From Methanobacteriota archaeon (GTDB lineage: Archaea > Thermoplasmatota > E2 > DHVEG-1): a stretch of 62,432 nt of DNA. The position numbers were made by a program, and so were the translations under genes. The DNA is taken from the NCBI GenBank assembly GCA_963769885.1, contig CAVYNH010000003.1, positions 1 through 62,432 on the forward strand. Direction: 5' to 3'. The notes under the pieces are model-generated. The model did not search any database. It had not been told where the DNA came from and saw only the letters and a list, made by a program, of their open reading frames with translations. Below, one piece after another: positions 1-10,526 of the stretch; within the stretch, counting starts at the first letter, position 1, and each line of letters begins with the position of its first letter.

Positions 1-1
1 G

Positions 2-277
2 GGCGGTGACGGTGTGTTGGCAGCCTGCGCAGGTCATGCCGTGGATGGTGAGGGTGGTGGTGGCGTGGTGGGTGCCGTAGCCGGCGGTGGTGATGGCGTG
101 TTCGATTTGGGGGAGGGTGATGGTGGTGGGGTCGTAGGTGATGGTGGCGGTGTGGGTGGCGAGGTTGACGGTGGCCTGTGTGACGCCGGGGAGTCTGGTG
201 AGGGTATCGGTGACGGTTTTTTGGCAGCCTGCGCAGGTCATGCCGGTGATGGTGAGGATCGCTTTTTTGGTGGTCAT
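2..277 (-). CDS. N-terminus (truncated by window edge) of a heavy-metal-associated protein with tandem HMA domains, probably a CopA-type P1B ATPase
   Basis: Manual translation of the minus strand (absent from the ORF track): MTTKKAILTITGMTCAGCQKTV...LTIHGMTCAGCQHTV, with two GMxCxxC motifs. Confidence 0.85.
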   Translation of the reverse strand, partial: MTTKKAILTITGMTCAGCQKTVTDTLTRLPGVTQATVNLATHTATITYDPTTITLPQIEHAITTAGYGTHHATTTLTIHGMTCAGCQHTVTA

Positions 278-415
278 GGTGGGTTGTTCCGTGTGGTTTT
301 TTGGGTGGTAGGGGTGTATTTGTTTTTATGGGTTTTGGGTGGGGTCTTGGGATAAATCTTTAAATAAGTCCTTGGCGATTTAAATTGTAAGAATAGGATT
401 TATTCTTGGGAAGGC

Positions 416-2173
416 ATGAAGATTATGCGGCGTGTGGTTTTGGGAAGTCTTGTGTGTGTGCTGGTGGTGTGTGCTGGGTTTTCGGCGGCTGCGGCGAGTC
501 CTCGGTCGTCGTCTCTGGTGAGTAGTACGCGGGATGGTGGGCGTGGTACGGAGGGGTGGATGCTGCAGTGGAGTCATGACTATGGTGGGGATGGTCATGC
601 GCAGTTGGCGCAGCCGGTCGGCGACCTCGACAAGGATGGGGTCAATGAGGTCGTGGTCGGCGGGTATGAGACGCAGGGGACGCTGCGTATCTTGTCGTAT
701 GTCGGGGGGACGTATGTGCAGGAGTTCTCGATGTCGCCGACGGGCGGGTCGTATAATTGTCCGTCGGGGGCGACGATCGTGGACCTGGATGGTGATGGGA
801 CGTTGGAGTTGGTCGTCTCGTGGGCGTACACGTCGAATGACGGGGTGTATGCGTACCATTGGGATGGGACGACGTTGACGACGCTGGATGAGTACCATGG
901 GACTGGCGTGAATTTCGTGTTTGATGTGTATTCGTGTGATTATAATGAGGACGGGAGTCCTGAGGTGCTGATTGCGAATGCGCCGTGGGGGGCGAGCCAG
1001 TGGTATGTGACCGGGCTGTTGTGGCAGAGTGGGCATTTCGTCCGGCAGGCTTCCTGGGCGTGCCCGAGCGGGAACGGGGGGGAGTGCCCGATCGTGTGGA
1101 GCGGGGACGTCGATAACGATGGGCATCCGGAGATCATCGCGGACATCTCGTATGGGACGTCATACACGTATGGGACGTGGGCGTTGAACTGGAATGCCGG
1201 GACGACGAGCTGGACCGGGGTGCCGGTCTGGACCGCCTATGGGTCGAACACGGTGTACGGGGACAGCGTCGGGGATATCGACGGTGATGGGACGCCGGAG
1301 ATCGGGATTGGGACGTACGGCGGGACGCCCACTGGGTATCTCTTCGAGTGGGACGGGAGCGCGTTCCAGAAGGTGTGGCAGCAGTCGTGGCCTGATGGGC
1401 AGCCGATCATCGAGGCGGTCGCGATCGGGGATGCGGATAATGATGGGCACAAGGAGTTCTGCGTCGGCGCCGGCCATGTGCATGTCATCGGCTGGGACGG
1501 CAGCCAGTACGTGGAGGAGGCGGTGTTCACGCAGCCGGCCGGGATGCTGGCGGGGATGAATATCGGGGACTTCGACACCGATGGTCACAATGAGGTGAAG
1601 GGCTGTGAGATCCTCAGCAACACCGGGTATGAGTTCATCTGGAAGTACGTGGATACGACGCCGCCGGTGACGACGTTCCATTGGGATGGGCAGCAGTTCT
1701 GGTTCACGGCGGTGGACAATGGGACTGGCGTGAACCACACTATGTACCGGGTGGATGCTGGGGAGTGGACCCTGTTTGCGTTCCCGGTTGCCTTCAATGA
1801 TTCGGGGGTTCACACGGTCTATTACTATTCCGTGGATCACGTTGGGAATGTTGAGACGACGAAGAGTTCGAGTATCTATATCGGCCCGAAGCTGCAGGTT
1901 GCGTTGAAGGGCGGCGTGGGGATCACGCTGGAAGTCGAGAACCTGGGGATCTCGGATCTAACGAACATACCGTGGAGCCTGTCGTTGAAGGGTGGGTTGA
2001 TCCTCAGCAAGCGGGAACCCACGGGCATGTTCTCGCTGCTGAAACCTGGGGTGAATGTGACGAAGAAGATCCTGGTGCTTGGGTTCGGGAAGTTCACTGC
2101 TTCGGCGTTGGTGAATGAGACCAGGCAGAATGCGACGGGAGCCGTGTTCCTCGTCTTCGTGAAGATGACGTAG
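416..2173 (+). CDS. Secreted FG-GAP/VCBS-repeat beta-propeller protein with Ig-like module and conserved C-terminal domain
   Basis: Signal-peptide-like N-terminus; repeated GD(L/I/V)DxDGxxE Ca-binding motifs; DTTPPVT Ig module. Confidence 0.85.
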   Translation: MKIMRRVVLGSLVCVLVVCAGFSAAAASPRSSSLVSSTRDGGRGTEGWMLQWSHDYGGDGHAQLAQPVGDLDKDGVNEVVVGGYETQGTLRILSYVGGTYVQEFSMSPTGGSYNCPSGATIVDLDGDGTLELVVSWAYTSNDGVYAYHWDGTTLTTLDEYHGTGVNFVFDVYSCDYNEDGSPEVLIANAPWGASQWYVTGLLWQSGHFVRQASWACPSGNGGECPIVWSGDVDNDGHPEIIADISYGTSYTYGTWALNWNAGTTSWTGVPVWTAYGSNTVYGDSVGDIDGDGTPEIGIGTYGGTPTGYLFEWDGSAFQKVWQQSWPDGQPIIEAVAIGDADNDGHKEFCVGAGHVHVIGWDGSQYVEEAVFTQPAGMLAGMNIGDFDTDGHNEVKGCEILSNTGYEFIWKYVDTTPPVTTFHWDGQQFWFTAVDNGTGVNHTMYRVDAGEWTLFAFPVAFNDSGVHTVYYYSVDHVGNVETTKSSSIYIGPKLQVALKGGVGITLEVENLGISDLTNIPWSLSLKGGLILSKREPTGMFSLLKPGVNVTKKILVLGFGKFTASALVNETRQNATGAVFLVFVKMT

Positions 2174-2231
2174 GGCTCCTCCCTCTTTCCTTCCTTTTTT
2201 CCTGATATGTTTGTATACATGAAAATATATA

Positions 2232-2738
2232 TCATTGAGGGGTGAGTCGCCGTCCGTAGTAGAGGTGGTTGTGGGTGTTGCCGTCGATCTCGCCGACCTC
2301 GGGGAGGCATCCCCATTGGGTGAACCCATGTTTTTCGAGGAGGCGGATGCTGCCGGCGTTCTTGTCCAGAATAATCGCGAGCATCGTCATGAGCCCAGCG
2401 GCCTGGGCCGCCTCGATCGCCGCTGTTAGGAGCAGGTTGCCGACGCCTTGGCGGCGGCTGTCCTCGCGGACGAATAGGCTGGCCTCCGCGGTACGGCGGA
2501 AGGCGTCGCGGCCGGGCCGGTACGGCTCGAGGCTGACGAAGCCGACGATCCGATCATCGTTGATGGCGACGAGCAGGGGGTATTGGCTGCGGGAATGGTT
2601 CCTGAACCACTTTTTCCGGTCATCAACCGTGACTTCGGTGAGATAACCGGTGGACATCCTGGTGCGGACCCCCTGGTTGAAGATCTCCACGAGTGCCGGG
2701 AGGTCCGGCGGGCGGGCGTGACGGATGCGGATGTCCAT
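2232..2738 (-). CDS. GNAT N-acetyltransferase (YncA/phosphinothricin acetyltransferase-like)
   Basis: RRQGVGxxLL acetyl-CoA motif; NAGSIRLLEKHGF. Confidence 0.9.
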   Translation of the reverse strand: MDIRIRHARPPDLPALVEIFNQGVRTRMSTGYLTEVTVDDRKKWFRNHSRSQYPLLVAINDDRIVGFVSLEPYRPGRDAFRRTAEASLFVREDSRRQGVGNLLLTAAIEAAQAAGLMTMLAIILDKNAGSIRLLEKHGFTQWGCLPEVGEIDGNTHNHLYYGRRLTPQ

Positions 2739-2832
2739 GAGATGAACACCTTGCGGGAAATACTTAAAGTTTCGGGAAAAAACTTCTTACAGAAGAAAAA
2801 AGATATATTCTCGTATGTCTTAACGGATATAT

Positions 2833-3285
2833 CTATAGGAAGAGGCGATAGACCGTAAGATTTTCACTCACGTACTCGTTGACGCCGTCGCCGGCCTTCA
2901 CCATCATTGTCACTGAATGCCCGAACATCGGCACGGCAGGGGCAGGAACGAGCGTCCATTCAAACGGCGCCTCAGTATCAACAAATTGCAGGACTCCATT
3001 CAGATACCATTCCGCTCGCTGAATACCGCCCACCGGGGTAATCATCATCGGGATCCCGCGCTTGAAATAATAATGCAAGAACAAGGGCACCGGCAGATCC
3101 ATCAGCTTCCGATCGTTCCAGTACACCCCGCCCGCAGGTACATACACAAAGGTCACCGGATCCTCCCCCGCAGCCGTTTGTTTCTGAACAGGCTGACTCC
3201 CCGCCATCGCCAGCGGTGCAAGCAGACACAGACAGATCACCAGCATTCCACCCATGCCGGCTCCATTCGACTTCCACGCAGCCAT
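2833..3285 (-). CDS. Small secreted protein consisting essentially of one Ig-like domain
   Basis: Hydrophobic N-terminal segment (LVICLCLLAPLAMA); EWYLNGVLQFVDTEAPFEWT; start chosen at ATG 3285. Confidence 0.65.
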   Translation of the reverse strand: MAAWKSNGAGMGGMLVICLCLLAPLAMAGSQPVQKQTAAGEDPVTFVYVPAGGVYWNDRKLMDLPVPLFLHYYFKRGIPMMITPVGGIQRAEWYLNGVLQFVDTEAPFEWTLVPAPAVPMFGHSVTMMVKAGDGVNEYVSENLTVYRLFL

Positions 3286-3466
3286 ACAAAACACTCCCAC
3301 CCTAAAGAAACACGCTTCATCTATATAGTTGTTCCGATAAAAACCCAATTCATAACAAAACCATCCTATTAATAAACCACTCTCCACACCAGCACACCCC
3401 AAGAACTAATCCCCGCCAATCCGGAAAAGAGTTATACCGACCACCCCCCATACCCCACCACCACCT

Positions 3467-5311
3467 ATGGACGTCCTCATCAAAGCCAGCGCCCTCTCCA
3501 AACGCTTCGAAGGCAAACCCCTCTTCGACAACGCCTCCTTCGAAATCCACCCCCACGACTGCATCGGCCTCCTCGGCCCCAACGGCACCGGCAAAACCAC
3601 CCTCTTCAACATCCTCCTCGGCACCGAACCACCCACCACCGGCGACCTCTGGCGCACCACCCCACTCACCATCCGCCTCCTCAGTCAAGTCGCCATCAGC
3701 CCCCACGACCACACCATCGCCGACTTCTTCACCCGCACCACACAGCCCACCGACATCCAACACCAAATCACCGCCCTCGAAACCAGACTCGACGACCCCA
3801 CCATCTACACCACCCCAGACTACCCCCGCCTCATCGACGAGCTCCACACCCTGCGCACCACCGCCGCCAAGACCGCCAGCACCATCCGCTGGGACGCCGC
3901 CCAACACCTCCTCACCGAAATCAGCCTCCCCAACCTCACCCTCACCCAACACATCGCCGAACTCTCCGGCGGCGAACGACAAAAAATCGCGCTCGCCAGC
4001 GTCCTCGCCAAACCAGACGACTGCGACCTCCTCCTCCTCGACGAACCCACGAACCACCTCGACATCGACACCATCGAATGGCTCGAACGCAAAATCGCGG
4101 ACCTCCCCACCTCCATCATCCTCATCTCCCACGACCGCTACCTCCTCGACGACCTCATCGACAGAGTCTTCGAAATCGATGCCGGCACCATCCAAACCTA
4201 CAACCAGACCTACGCCGAATACGAAGAAACCAAAACCTACCTCCAACACAGCAAACAACAAGCCTACGATCGCTACCGCCACGAACTGTCCCGCCAGAAA
4301 AAAGTCCTCGACACCCTCACCCGACGCAACAAATACGACCGACAAATCGCCAGCAAAATGAAACGCCTCGAAAAACTCCAAAAAATCGACAACCCCATCC
4401 TCAAATCCTACCTCCTCCGCTTCCACTTCAAAACCGTCTTCAAATCCGGAAAAAACGTCGCCGAAGCAACCCACCTCGCCAAAGCCTACCCCGGCCACCC
4501 CCTCTTCTCAGACCTCACCTTCGAGATCCTCGCCGGCCAGAAAATCGGCCTTATCGGCCCCAACGGCTGCGGCAAGACCACGCTCCTGCGCCTCCTTATC
4601 GGCGAAGAACCCCCAGACGCCGGCACCTTGCGGCTCAGCTCAGGCGTCCGCACCGGCTACTTCGACCAAGGACACCTCTCCCTCACCCTCGAAAACACCC
4701 TCATCCAAGAAGTCTGCCAGGACCACCCGGAGCTCTCAGAAAACGACGCCAAAGCCCTCCTCGGACAGTTCAACTTCAAAGGCACCATGGTCGACAACCT
4801 CGTCGGCCAGCTCTCCGGTGGCGAACGCGCACGGCTGGCAATCCTGCGCCTCATCATGCAGCCGTACAACCTCCTCGTTCTTGACGAGCCGACGAACCAT
4901 ATGGACATGCAGTCCAAACAGGCCATCGAGTCCGCACTAAACTCCTACAACGGGACCGTCATCGCGGTCTCCCACGACCGCCGGTTTCTTGACGCAGTCA
5001 CCGACACCATCTTCTTCATGGAGAACGGCACCCTGAAGACCTACAGCGGCAACTACACCAGCTTCCGCCAGCAACGCATCAAGGAACTCGCAGACTTCGA
5101 CGCGGCCCAACGCGCGATCCTCTCCGGCAGCACCAAATACGTCGTCCGCAAGAAGTTCACGATCTGGTCCATCAACACGAAGTACGCGGTCGGCGACGTC
5201 CTCTACATCGGGGACCACAACGAGAAGACCTACGAATGGGCGTTAAAGAACAAATTCCTCATCCCATACGACGAGTACGAACAACGGAAGAACGAGCAGA
5301 AGCCCGAATAG
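3467..5311 (+). CDS. ABC-F family ATP-binding protein
   Basis: Two NBDs (GPNGTGKT/GPNGCGKT, LSGGE x2, LDEPTNH x2) and no TM segments. Confidence 0.95.
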   Translation: MDVLIKASALSKRFEGKPLFDNASFEIHPHDCIGLLGPNGTGKTTLFNILLGTEPPTTGDLWRTTPLTIRLLSQVAISPHDHTIADFFTRTTQPTDIQHQITALETRLDDPTIYTTPDYPRLIDELHTLRTTAAKTASTIRWDAAQHLLTEISLPNLTLTQHIAELSGGERQKIALASVLAKPDDCDLLLLDEPTNHLDIDTIEWLERKIADLPTSIILISHDRYLLDDLIDRVFEIDAGTIQTYNQTYAEYEETKTYLQHSKQQAYDRYRHELSRQKKVLDTLTRRNKYDRQIASKMKRLEKLQKIDNPILKSYLLRFHFKTVFKSGKNVAEATHLAKAYPGHPLFSDLTFEILAGQKIGLIGPNGCGKTTLLRLLIGEEPPDAGTLRLSSGVRTGYFDQGHLSLTLENTLIQEVCQDHPELSENDAKALLGQFNFKGTMVDNLVGQLSGGERARLAILRLIMQPYNLLVLDEPTNHMDMQSKQAIESALNSYNGTVIAVSHDRRFLDAVTDTIFFMENGTLKTYSGNYTSFRQQRIKELADFDAAQRAILSGSTKYVVRKKFTIWSINTKYAVGDVLYIGDHNEKTYEWALKNKFLIPYDEYEQRKNEQKPE

Positions 5312-5364
5312 CCGACCGAGGCCTCCGCTGATACCCTCCTCAATACCGCTCAGTCAGATTTTTT

Positions 5365-8300
5365 TTATAGGATTTTGAGGACAGTCAGGGAGCACTCGTT
5401 CGTGTTCCCCGCGTTATCGTACGCGACCGCACGCAGCGTCCGCTTCCCAAAGGCCGGCGTCTCCCATGCGAGCTGGTAGTCCGGCCCGGTCGTGCACGTG
5501 GATTCGAGGACTCCGTTGACGTAGAGCTCGACGCGGTTCATCCCGGTCTCATGGTCAACAGCATGAACCACCACCGTGAGAGACCCGATGACGATAGTCC
5601 GGGACAGGGGCATGAGGGGAAGGCCGAAGAAGTACAGCATGTTCGCTTGGGGCGTGACTAGCAAGATACTCGGGGCAATGGTATCATTACTAACCGCTGC
5701 GGTGGTATTGTCTGTCGCCTCCTGGGATAAACTGTCCTCCACTTGCAGCTGGACTGTGTACAATCCGTGATGGTTGTAGACATGCTGCGGGTTCTGCTGA
5801 ACCGATGTGTTCCCATCACCAAAGTCCCAATGGTACGTATAAGGCGGTGTTCCGCCAGTGGCATTTCCTAAGAACCAGATCGTGACTCCGGCCATGCCGC
5901 TGTACGGCCCGCCGGCATCGGCTACCACAGCCGAAGGTGAAACGGCGATGTTTGTGGAGGTATTGGCGGTGGCACCGTCGTCATCGCAGACGACCAAAAT
6001 CACGTGGTACGTCTGGACATCGGTGTATGTGTGAGTGACGTGCTCTCCGTATCCGTGGGCGCCGTCTCCGAAGTCCCAGGACCAGTTCACCACGGTCCCA
6101 TCGACATCGGTCGAGGTGCTGTTGAGAAAGACGATGTCATTAACCTTGGGGTGTGCCGGCTCATAGGTGAACGAGGCGACCGGGGGGTCGTTCACGTCGG
6201 TTATCGTCACAAAGACCGTGGCGGTGTCAACCCCCCCTTGGTTGTCCGTAATTTGGTAGACGAAGGAGTCGGCGCCGTGGTAGTTCAGTTGGGGGGCGTA
6301 CCGGATGTACCCCGTCGTCGTGTTCACGGTCGTGGTCCCATGAGTCGGCGGGGTGACGACGGTCACGCTGCTGACGACGATCGTGCCGTCAGGGTCGTAA
6401 TCATTGGCGAGCACATTGATCCAGATTGGGGTGTCCTCGGGGGTGGTGGCGGTGTCGTTGACGGCGACGGGCGGTTGGTTGCTGGTGTTGATGACGGTGG
6501 CCGAGGTCATGTTGGGGAGGTAGTTGTGTTTGGTGACGGTGACATTCATGAAGCCGATGGTGGTGGGGGCGGGGGCGAAAACGGCGTCACCATTGGTGTT
6601 GGTGAGGCCGGTGAGGTAGACTTGGGTGCCTTTCCAGAGGCATACGAGGGCTTGGTTGACGGGGCTGCCGCTCTGGGCGACGTGGACGGTGAAGGAGGAG
6701 GAGCCGATGGGGAGGGTGGCAGGGTGGGTGACGGTGAGCGTGGCGGGGTTGGCGGTCCAGACGGGCATGGTGGGGTCGCCGAGGAGGTTGAAGGAGTAGA
6801 AGCAGTATTTTTCGACGCTGAAGAAGGGGGTGCCGTAGAGGTTTTTGGCCCAGCTGATCATCTCGCCGAGGGTGTATTTGCTGTTAGAGAAGAGGGCCTG
6901 CCACCAGTGGGTGTCGAGTTCGCCGGTATAGGCGCCGGGGTCGCCGGTGTTGTACCAGCCGTAGCCGGAGTCGCCGGTGAAGGAGACGGCGCATTTGTTG
7001 GCGTTGTAGATGACGAAGTGTTCGGCGATGTTGTCTTCGACGCTGTAGTCAAGGGGGTGGCAGCCGGCGGAGGCGATGTTGCAGAGGAGGTTGGTGTTGG
7101 TGAAGACGGAGTCGACTTCAGATGAGCTGAGGTCGGCGTAGTGGTTGATGTAGCCCATGCCGAGGACGTCTTCGTTGCTGTGGTCGTAGTGGTTGACGAG
7201 GTTCTGTCCGGCGTTGATGGCGGTGATGAATTTCGATTTGTGGGTCGGGGTGTATGATTGTGAGTCGTAGACGGTGGTGACCGTGAACTGGGGGTGGGGG
7301 ATATAGCTGGTGTTGATAGCAGCCTTCATGGTCTCGGCGGGTGATGATTCGTCGAGGTCCATTCCTTGGAGGAGTGCTTTAGTGGCGAAGTTGGTCATGG
7401 GGGGGCTGCATTGGTAGGCGATGGTCTTGTTCGTGAAGAGGGCGACTTGGGCGCTGCCGGTGGCGGAGACTCTGCCGACGTTGACTTCGCTGGTCCAGTC
7501 GTCGTCGTAGTCGTTGTAGTACTGGTCGCCGATGACGGATTCGGGGTTGCCGTTTATGGTGTAGGTCTTGGTCATGCCGGGGACGTTTGCGATCTCGCCG
7601 CCGAGGAGGAAGAAGCTACAGGCCCAGGAGGTGTAGGCGTCGATGATGAAGGCGCGGATCTTGGCTTGGTTGGTGGAGCCGGTGTAGTTGGCGTAGATCT
7701 GTGTGGCGGTGTAGATGAGGGTGCGGATGCCGCGTTTGGTGTTCCAGGTGGCGAGGGTCTGCCAGGCGGTGGCATCGCTGGTGGAGGTGATGATGACGGT
7801 GCTGTAGGGACCGCCGGGGGGGATGGTGGGGGTTCGATGAGGCGGTGCTTGTTGGAGGTTGACTTGGTCGGGGTTGATGACGAGGCGTTGGAGGTCCTGG
7901 GTTTTTTGTTCTCGTTGAAGGCTGGTGGTCGCAGCAGGGAGGAGGTCGCCGACGGTGCGTCCTGAGGTGCCTGTTAGTTGGAATGTCAGTGAGGTGGTGG
8001 CGGTGATAGTATTGGTTGCGGGGTTGTATTGGAGGGGGGTGAAGAGGATGTAGGCGAGGCCTTGGCCGTAGAGGTCGCTTTGGCCGAGGAGTCGGATGGG
8101 GGATTCGGGGTAGGGGTTGGTGGTGGAGAGGGTGGGGGCGGTGAAGGCCTGGTGGGTGGGGTCGTTGGTGGTTTGTGGTGGGAGGTTGCCGGGGATGGTG
8201 TAGGTGCCGGGGAGTTGTTGGGTGGCGGCGTGGAGGATTTGGATGGCGGTGATGGTGGTGGTGGCGGGGACGGCGATGATGAGGTCTTGGGCAGGGAGGT

Positions 8301-8532
8301 GCGGGGCGCCGGGTTCGCTGGTGGTGGTGGCGTCGGGGAAGGTGAGGATGTCGTAGCCGTCGATGGTGGTGGTGGTGAGGGTGGTGGGGTCGAAGGTGAG
8401 GGTGAGTGGTTGTGGGGTGTAGGTTTTTTGGGTGGGTCGTGCCGGGGTGATGGTGGTGGTAAGCATGAGGGTGCAGAGGAGGATGGCGATGGCCTTCATG
8501 GAGTTGGAGAAATGGTAGGAGTGCGTGGTCAT
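5365..8532 (-). CDS. C25 (gingipain-family) cysteine peptidase with propeptide, Ig/cadherin-like and two PKD domains
   Basis: Propeptide EPGAPHLP; VNHYDHS...SAGCH catalytic His/Cys; FNLLGDPTM; WDFGDG x2. Confidence 0.9.
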   Translation of the reverse strand: MTTHSYHFSNSMKAIAILLCTLMLTTTITPARPTQKTYTPQPLTLTFDPTTLTTTTIDGYDILTFPDATTTSEPGAPHLPAQDLIIAVPATTTITAIQILHAATQQLPGTYTIPGNLPPQTTNDPTHQAFTAPTLSTTNPYPESPIRLLGQSDLYGQGLAYILFTPLQYNPATNTITATTSLTFQLTGTSGRTVGDLLPAATTSLQREQKTQDLQRLVINPDQVNLQQAPPHRTPTIPPGGPYSTVIITSTSDATAWQTLATWNTKRGIRTLIYTATQIYANYTGSTNQAKIRAFIIDAYTSWACSFFLLGGEIANVPGMTKTYTINGNPESVIGDQYYNDYDDDWTSEVNVGRVSATGSAQVALFTNKTIAYQCSPPMTNFATKALLQGMDLDESSPAETMKAAINTSYIPHPQFTVTTVYDSQSYTPTHKSKFITAINAGQNLVNHYDHSNEDVLGMGYINHYADLSSSEVDSVFTNTNLLCNIASAGCHPLDYSVEDNIAEHFVIYNANKCAVSFTGDSGYGWYNTGDPGAYTGELDTHWWQALFSNSKYTLGEMISWAKNLYGTPFFSVEKYCFYSFNLLGDPTMPVWTANPATLTVTHPATLPIGSSSFTVHVAQSGSPVNQALVCLWKGTQVYLTGLTNTNGDAVFAPAPTTIGFMNVTVTKHNYLPNMTSATVINTSNQPPVAVNDTATTPEDTPIWINVLANDYDPDGTIVVSSVTVVTPPTHGTTTVNTTTGYIRYAPQLNYHGADSFVYQITDNQGGVDTATVFVTITDVNDPPVASFTYEPAHPKVNDIVFLNSTSTDVDGTVVNWSWDFGDGAHGYGEHVTHTYTDVQTYHVILVVCDDDGATANTSTNIAVSPSAVVADAGGPYSGMAGVTIWFLGNATGGTPPYTYHWDFGDGNTSVQQNPQHVYNHHGLYTVQLQVEDSLSQEATDNTTAAVSNDTIAPSILLVTPQANMLYFFGLPLMPLSRTIVIGSLTVVVHAVDHETGMNRVELYVNGVLESTCTTGPDYQLAWETPAFGKRTLRAVAYDNAGNTNECSLTVLKIL

Positions 8533-8728
8533 GGTTTTATACCTCAAGGTAGGGTCTTTTTTGTCTCTTTTTTCCCCCTTTGTGTGTTGTATGGGGCTTC
8601 CCCTTTAAAAATGGTATGGTTCGGGGGGAGGGTGGAGCAGAGCTTGGAAGGCATATAGGTATATATATTTCGTATCGAGACGAACAATGAACACGATACC
8701 GGGAAAAATAGTGTTATTTTTGTTTTAA

Positions 8729-9670
8729 TTAATTGCTCATGGGGTACGGGAGGGTGAATTGGCTGTCAGGGTCGGTCTCGTATCGGCCGTGGGCCGGGGA
8801 GTAGGTGGTGACGGTGATCTCGTTTGTCGCAGGGCGGAACTGGAGGATGCGCAGGTAGCCGTCGCCGCCGTGGGGGTAGTCTTGGTAGTCGGCGAGCAGC
8901 GTCGTCAGCGTGGTGTTGTTGTAGGTGTCGGTGCGTCTGGCCTCGCCGTGGTTATGCCCGCAGAGCATGAGGAAGAGGTTGGGGCGGTCCTTGAGGGCGT
9001 CGTAGATGCGCTGGCCTGGGGGGTCCCAGCTGGCGTCGAGGCTGAGGAGGTCGTGGGTGATGAGGATGGCGCGGCGGCTCGCATAGGTCTGGAGGATGCC
9101 GTGGGCCCAGTCCAGGACGGCGGGGCTTGGGTCGTATTCGAGGCTGATGGCGATGAAGTCGAGGCCGGCGGCGGTGAAGAGGACGTAGGAGTTGTTGTTG
9201 GTGTCGTCGTGGTGGCCGCCATAGTAGTCTCGTGCAACGAAGCGCCAGGGGCCGAAGAAGCGGTTGTAGGCGCGCGTGGGGTGGTCGTGGTTGCCGGGCA
9301 GGACGCTGTAGGGGATGCCGTCAGGCAGGTGGGTTTGCCCGCGGCTTTGGAGGGGGAGCATGGCGAGGCTGGCGCGGAGCCATTGGAAGGTGGCGTTGGC
9401 GGTCTGGACGATGTCGCCTTCGTGGGCGACGTAGACGATGTTGAGGGCGTCTTTGTGGGTGACGATCCAATGGGTCTGGTTGTAGAAGTACTGGGGGTAG
9501 TTGCGGGAGTAGAACTGGGTGTCGGGCAGGATGATGATGGTGAAGTTCTCGGCGGAGGTGGAGGAGTCCGCGTGGGCGGTGTGCTGGTAGAGGGGGGCGA
9601 GTTGGACGGTGAACGTCGTGGCGAGGAGGAAAAGGACGATAAGGGTGCAGAGCCATGCTCGTTGGTTCAT
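8729..9670 (-). CDS. Secreted calcineurin-like metallophosphoesterase
   Basis: PDTQ, HEGD, GNHD, THD and GHNH motifs; signal peptide. Confidence 0.9.
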   Translation of the reverse strand: MNQRAWLCTLIVLFLLATTFTVQLAPLYQHTAHADSSTSAENFTIIILPDTQFYSRNYPQYFYNQTHWIVTHKDALNIVYVAHEGDIVQTANATFQWLRASLAMLPLQSRGQTHLPDGIPYSVLPGNHDHPTRAYNRFFGPWRFVARDYYGGHHDDTNNNSYVLFTAAGLDFIAISLEYDPSPAVLDWAHGILQTYASRRAILITHDLLSLDASWDPPGQRIYDALKDRPNLFLMLCGHNHGEARRTDTYNNTTLTTLLADYQDYPHGGDGYLRILQFRPATNEITVTTYSPAHGRYETDPDSQFTLPYPMSN

Positions 9671-9786
9671 CAGGGAACGCTCAGGGGAGACGTAGGAAAG
9701 GGCTGGTATTTTAATGCATTGCCGGTTCGCATCCTTTTTTAAAGCGATGGCGGTTACTGGGTATACCTACTAGGGGGTTTCGAGAG

Positions 9787-9921
9787 ATGCAGCATGAGGT
9801 GCACGTGTGTACGGTCTGTGGAGAAGAGCATGGGTTTGACGAGATCCATTTCGTGGAGACGAAGGGCGAGATGAGGAAGATCTGCGCGGAATGCGCGTTG
9901 GCGATTAAGGGGCTCGCGTAG
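9787..9921 (+). CDS. 44-aa zinc-ribbon microprotein
   Basis: Manual translation MQHEVHVCTVCGEEHGFDEIHFVETKGEMRKICAECALAIKGLA*, with CxxC...CxxC; below ORF-track cutoff. Confidence 0.65.
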   Translation: MQHEVHVCTVCGEEHGFDEIHFVETKGEMRKICAECALAIKGLA

Positions 9922-10079
9922 AAAAAAAATCCTTTTCCTGAATATACCCGTCTATATATCTTTCTAGAATCCTTTCTATCCAGCGGTTGGGTTCGTCACT
10001 GAAAAGAAGTGGAAGAAAAAAAGAGAAAAAAAAGATAGTTGCGAATTCGAATTTACAGGAACTAGGGTAAATCTCTTCA

Positions 10080-10220
10080 CTAGTATCTTTTTGGCTTATG
10101 CTTCTGGAAGCATTCCCGGCAGTACACCGGTCTGCTGCCGTCGGGCTTGAAGGGAACCTGGGTTTCCTTCCCGCAATCCGCACACGTCACCGTGTGCATT
10201 TCACGCTTTTCATTATACAT
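10080..10220 (-). CDS. CxxC-x17-CxxC domain zinc-finger protein (46 aa)
   Basis: Manual translation MYNEKREMHTVTCADCGKETQVPFKPDGSRPVYCRECFQKHKPKRY*, matching the VPFKP...RPVYC signature; followed by a T-rich terminator on the minus strand. Confidence 0.92.
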   Translation of the reverse strand: MYNEKREMHTVTCADCGKETQVPFKPDGSRPVYCRECFQKHKPKRY

Positions 10221-10526
10221 GCTTTTTTTCCTAGGCGCACGAAATTGCGCCGTACCACCCCTTCATACAGAACCAGTATAAAAATCATGTGGAAAAACAC
10301 AAAGATACACAAAAATATATCTTTTCCTCGATTCAGAGTCACCCGAGACGAAGCCCGAGACGCACCTCGGTCACCTGCTTGCCCCCCCGCGCATGCGTCA
10401 CCGTCTCGACCCGCGTGAACCCAGACTCGTACACAGCCGATGCGCGACCGCAAGCACACTCGTTGTCCATAAAAACACCTCCACCCACCCAAAACCACAA
10501 AAACAACCGACCCTTCAGCATACATC

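Noticed and set aside
17-245. 25-nt direct repeat at 17-41 and 221-245
   Set aside because: Encodes the duplicated GMTCAGCQ motif of tandem HMA domains; not CRISPR or att.
14-355. Gly/Val-rich + strand ORF, and other long antisense or alternate-frame ORFs (3350-4498, 6004-7125, 39358-40827, 52560-54131, 59454-60830, 60137-61219)
   Set aside because: Shadows of real genes; the skewed composition removes stop codons from other frames.
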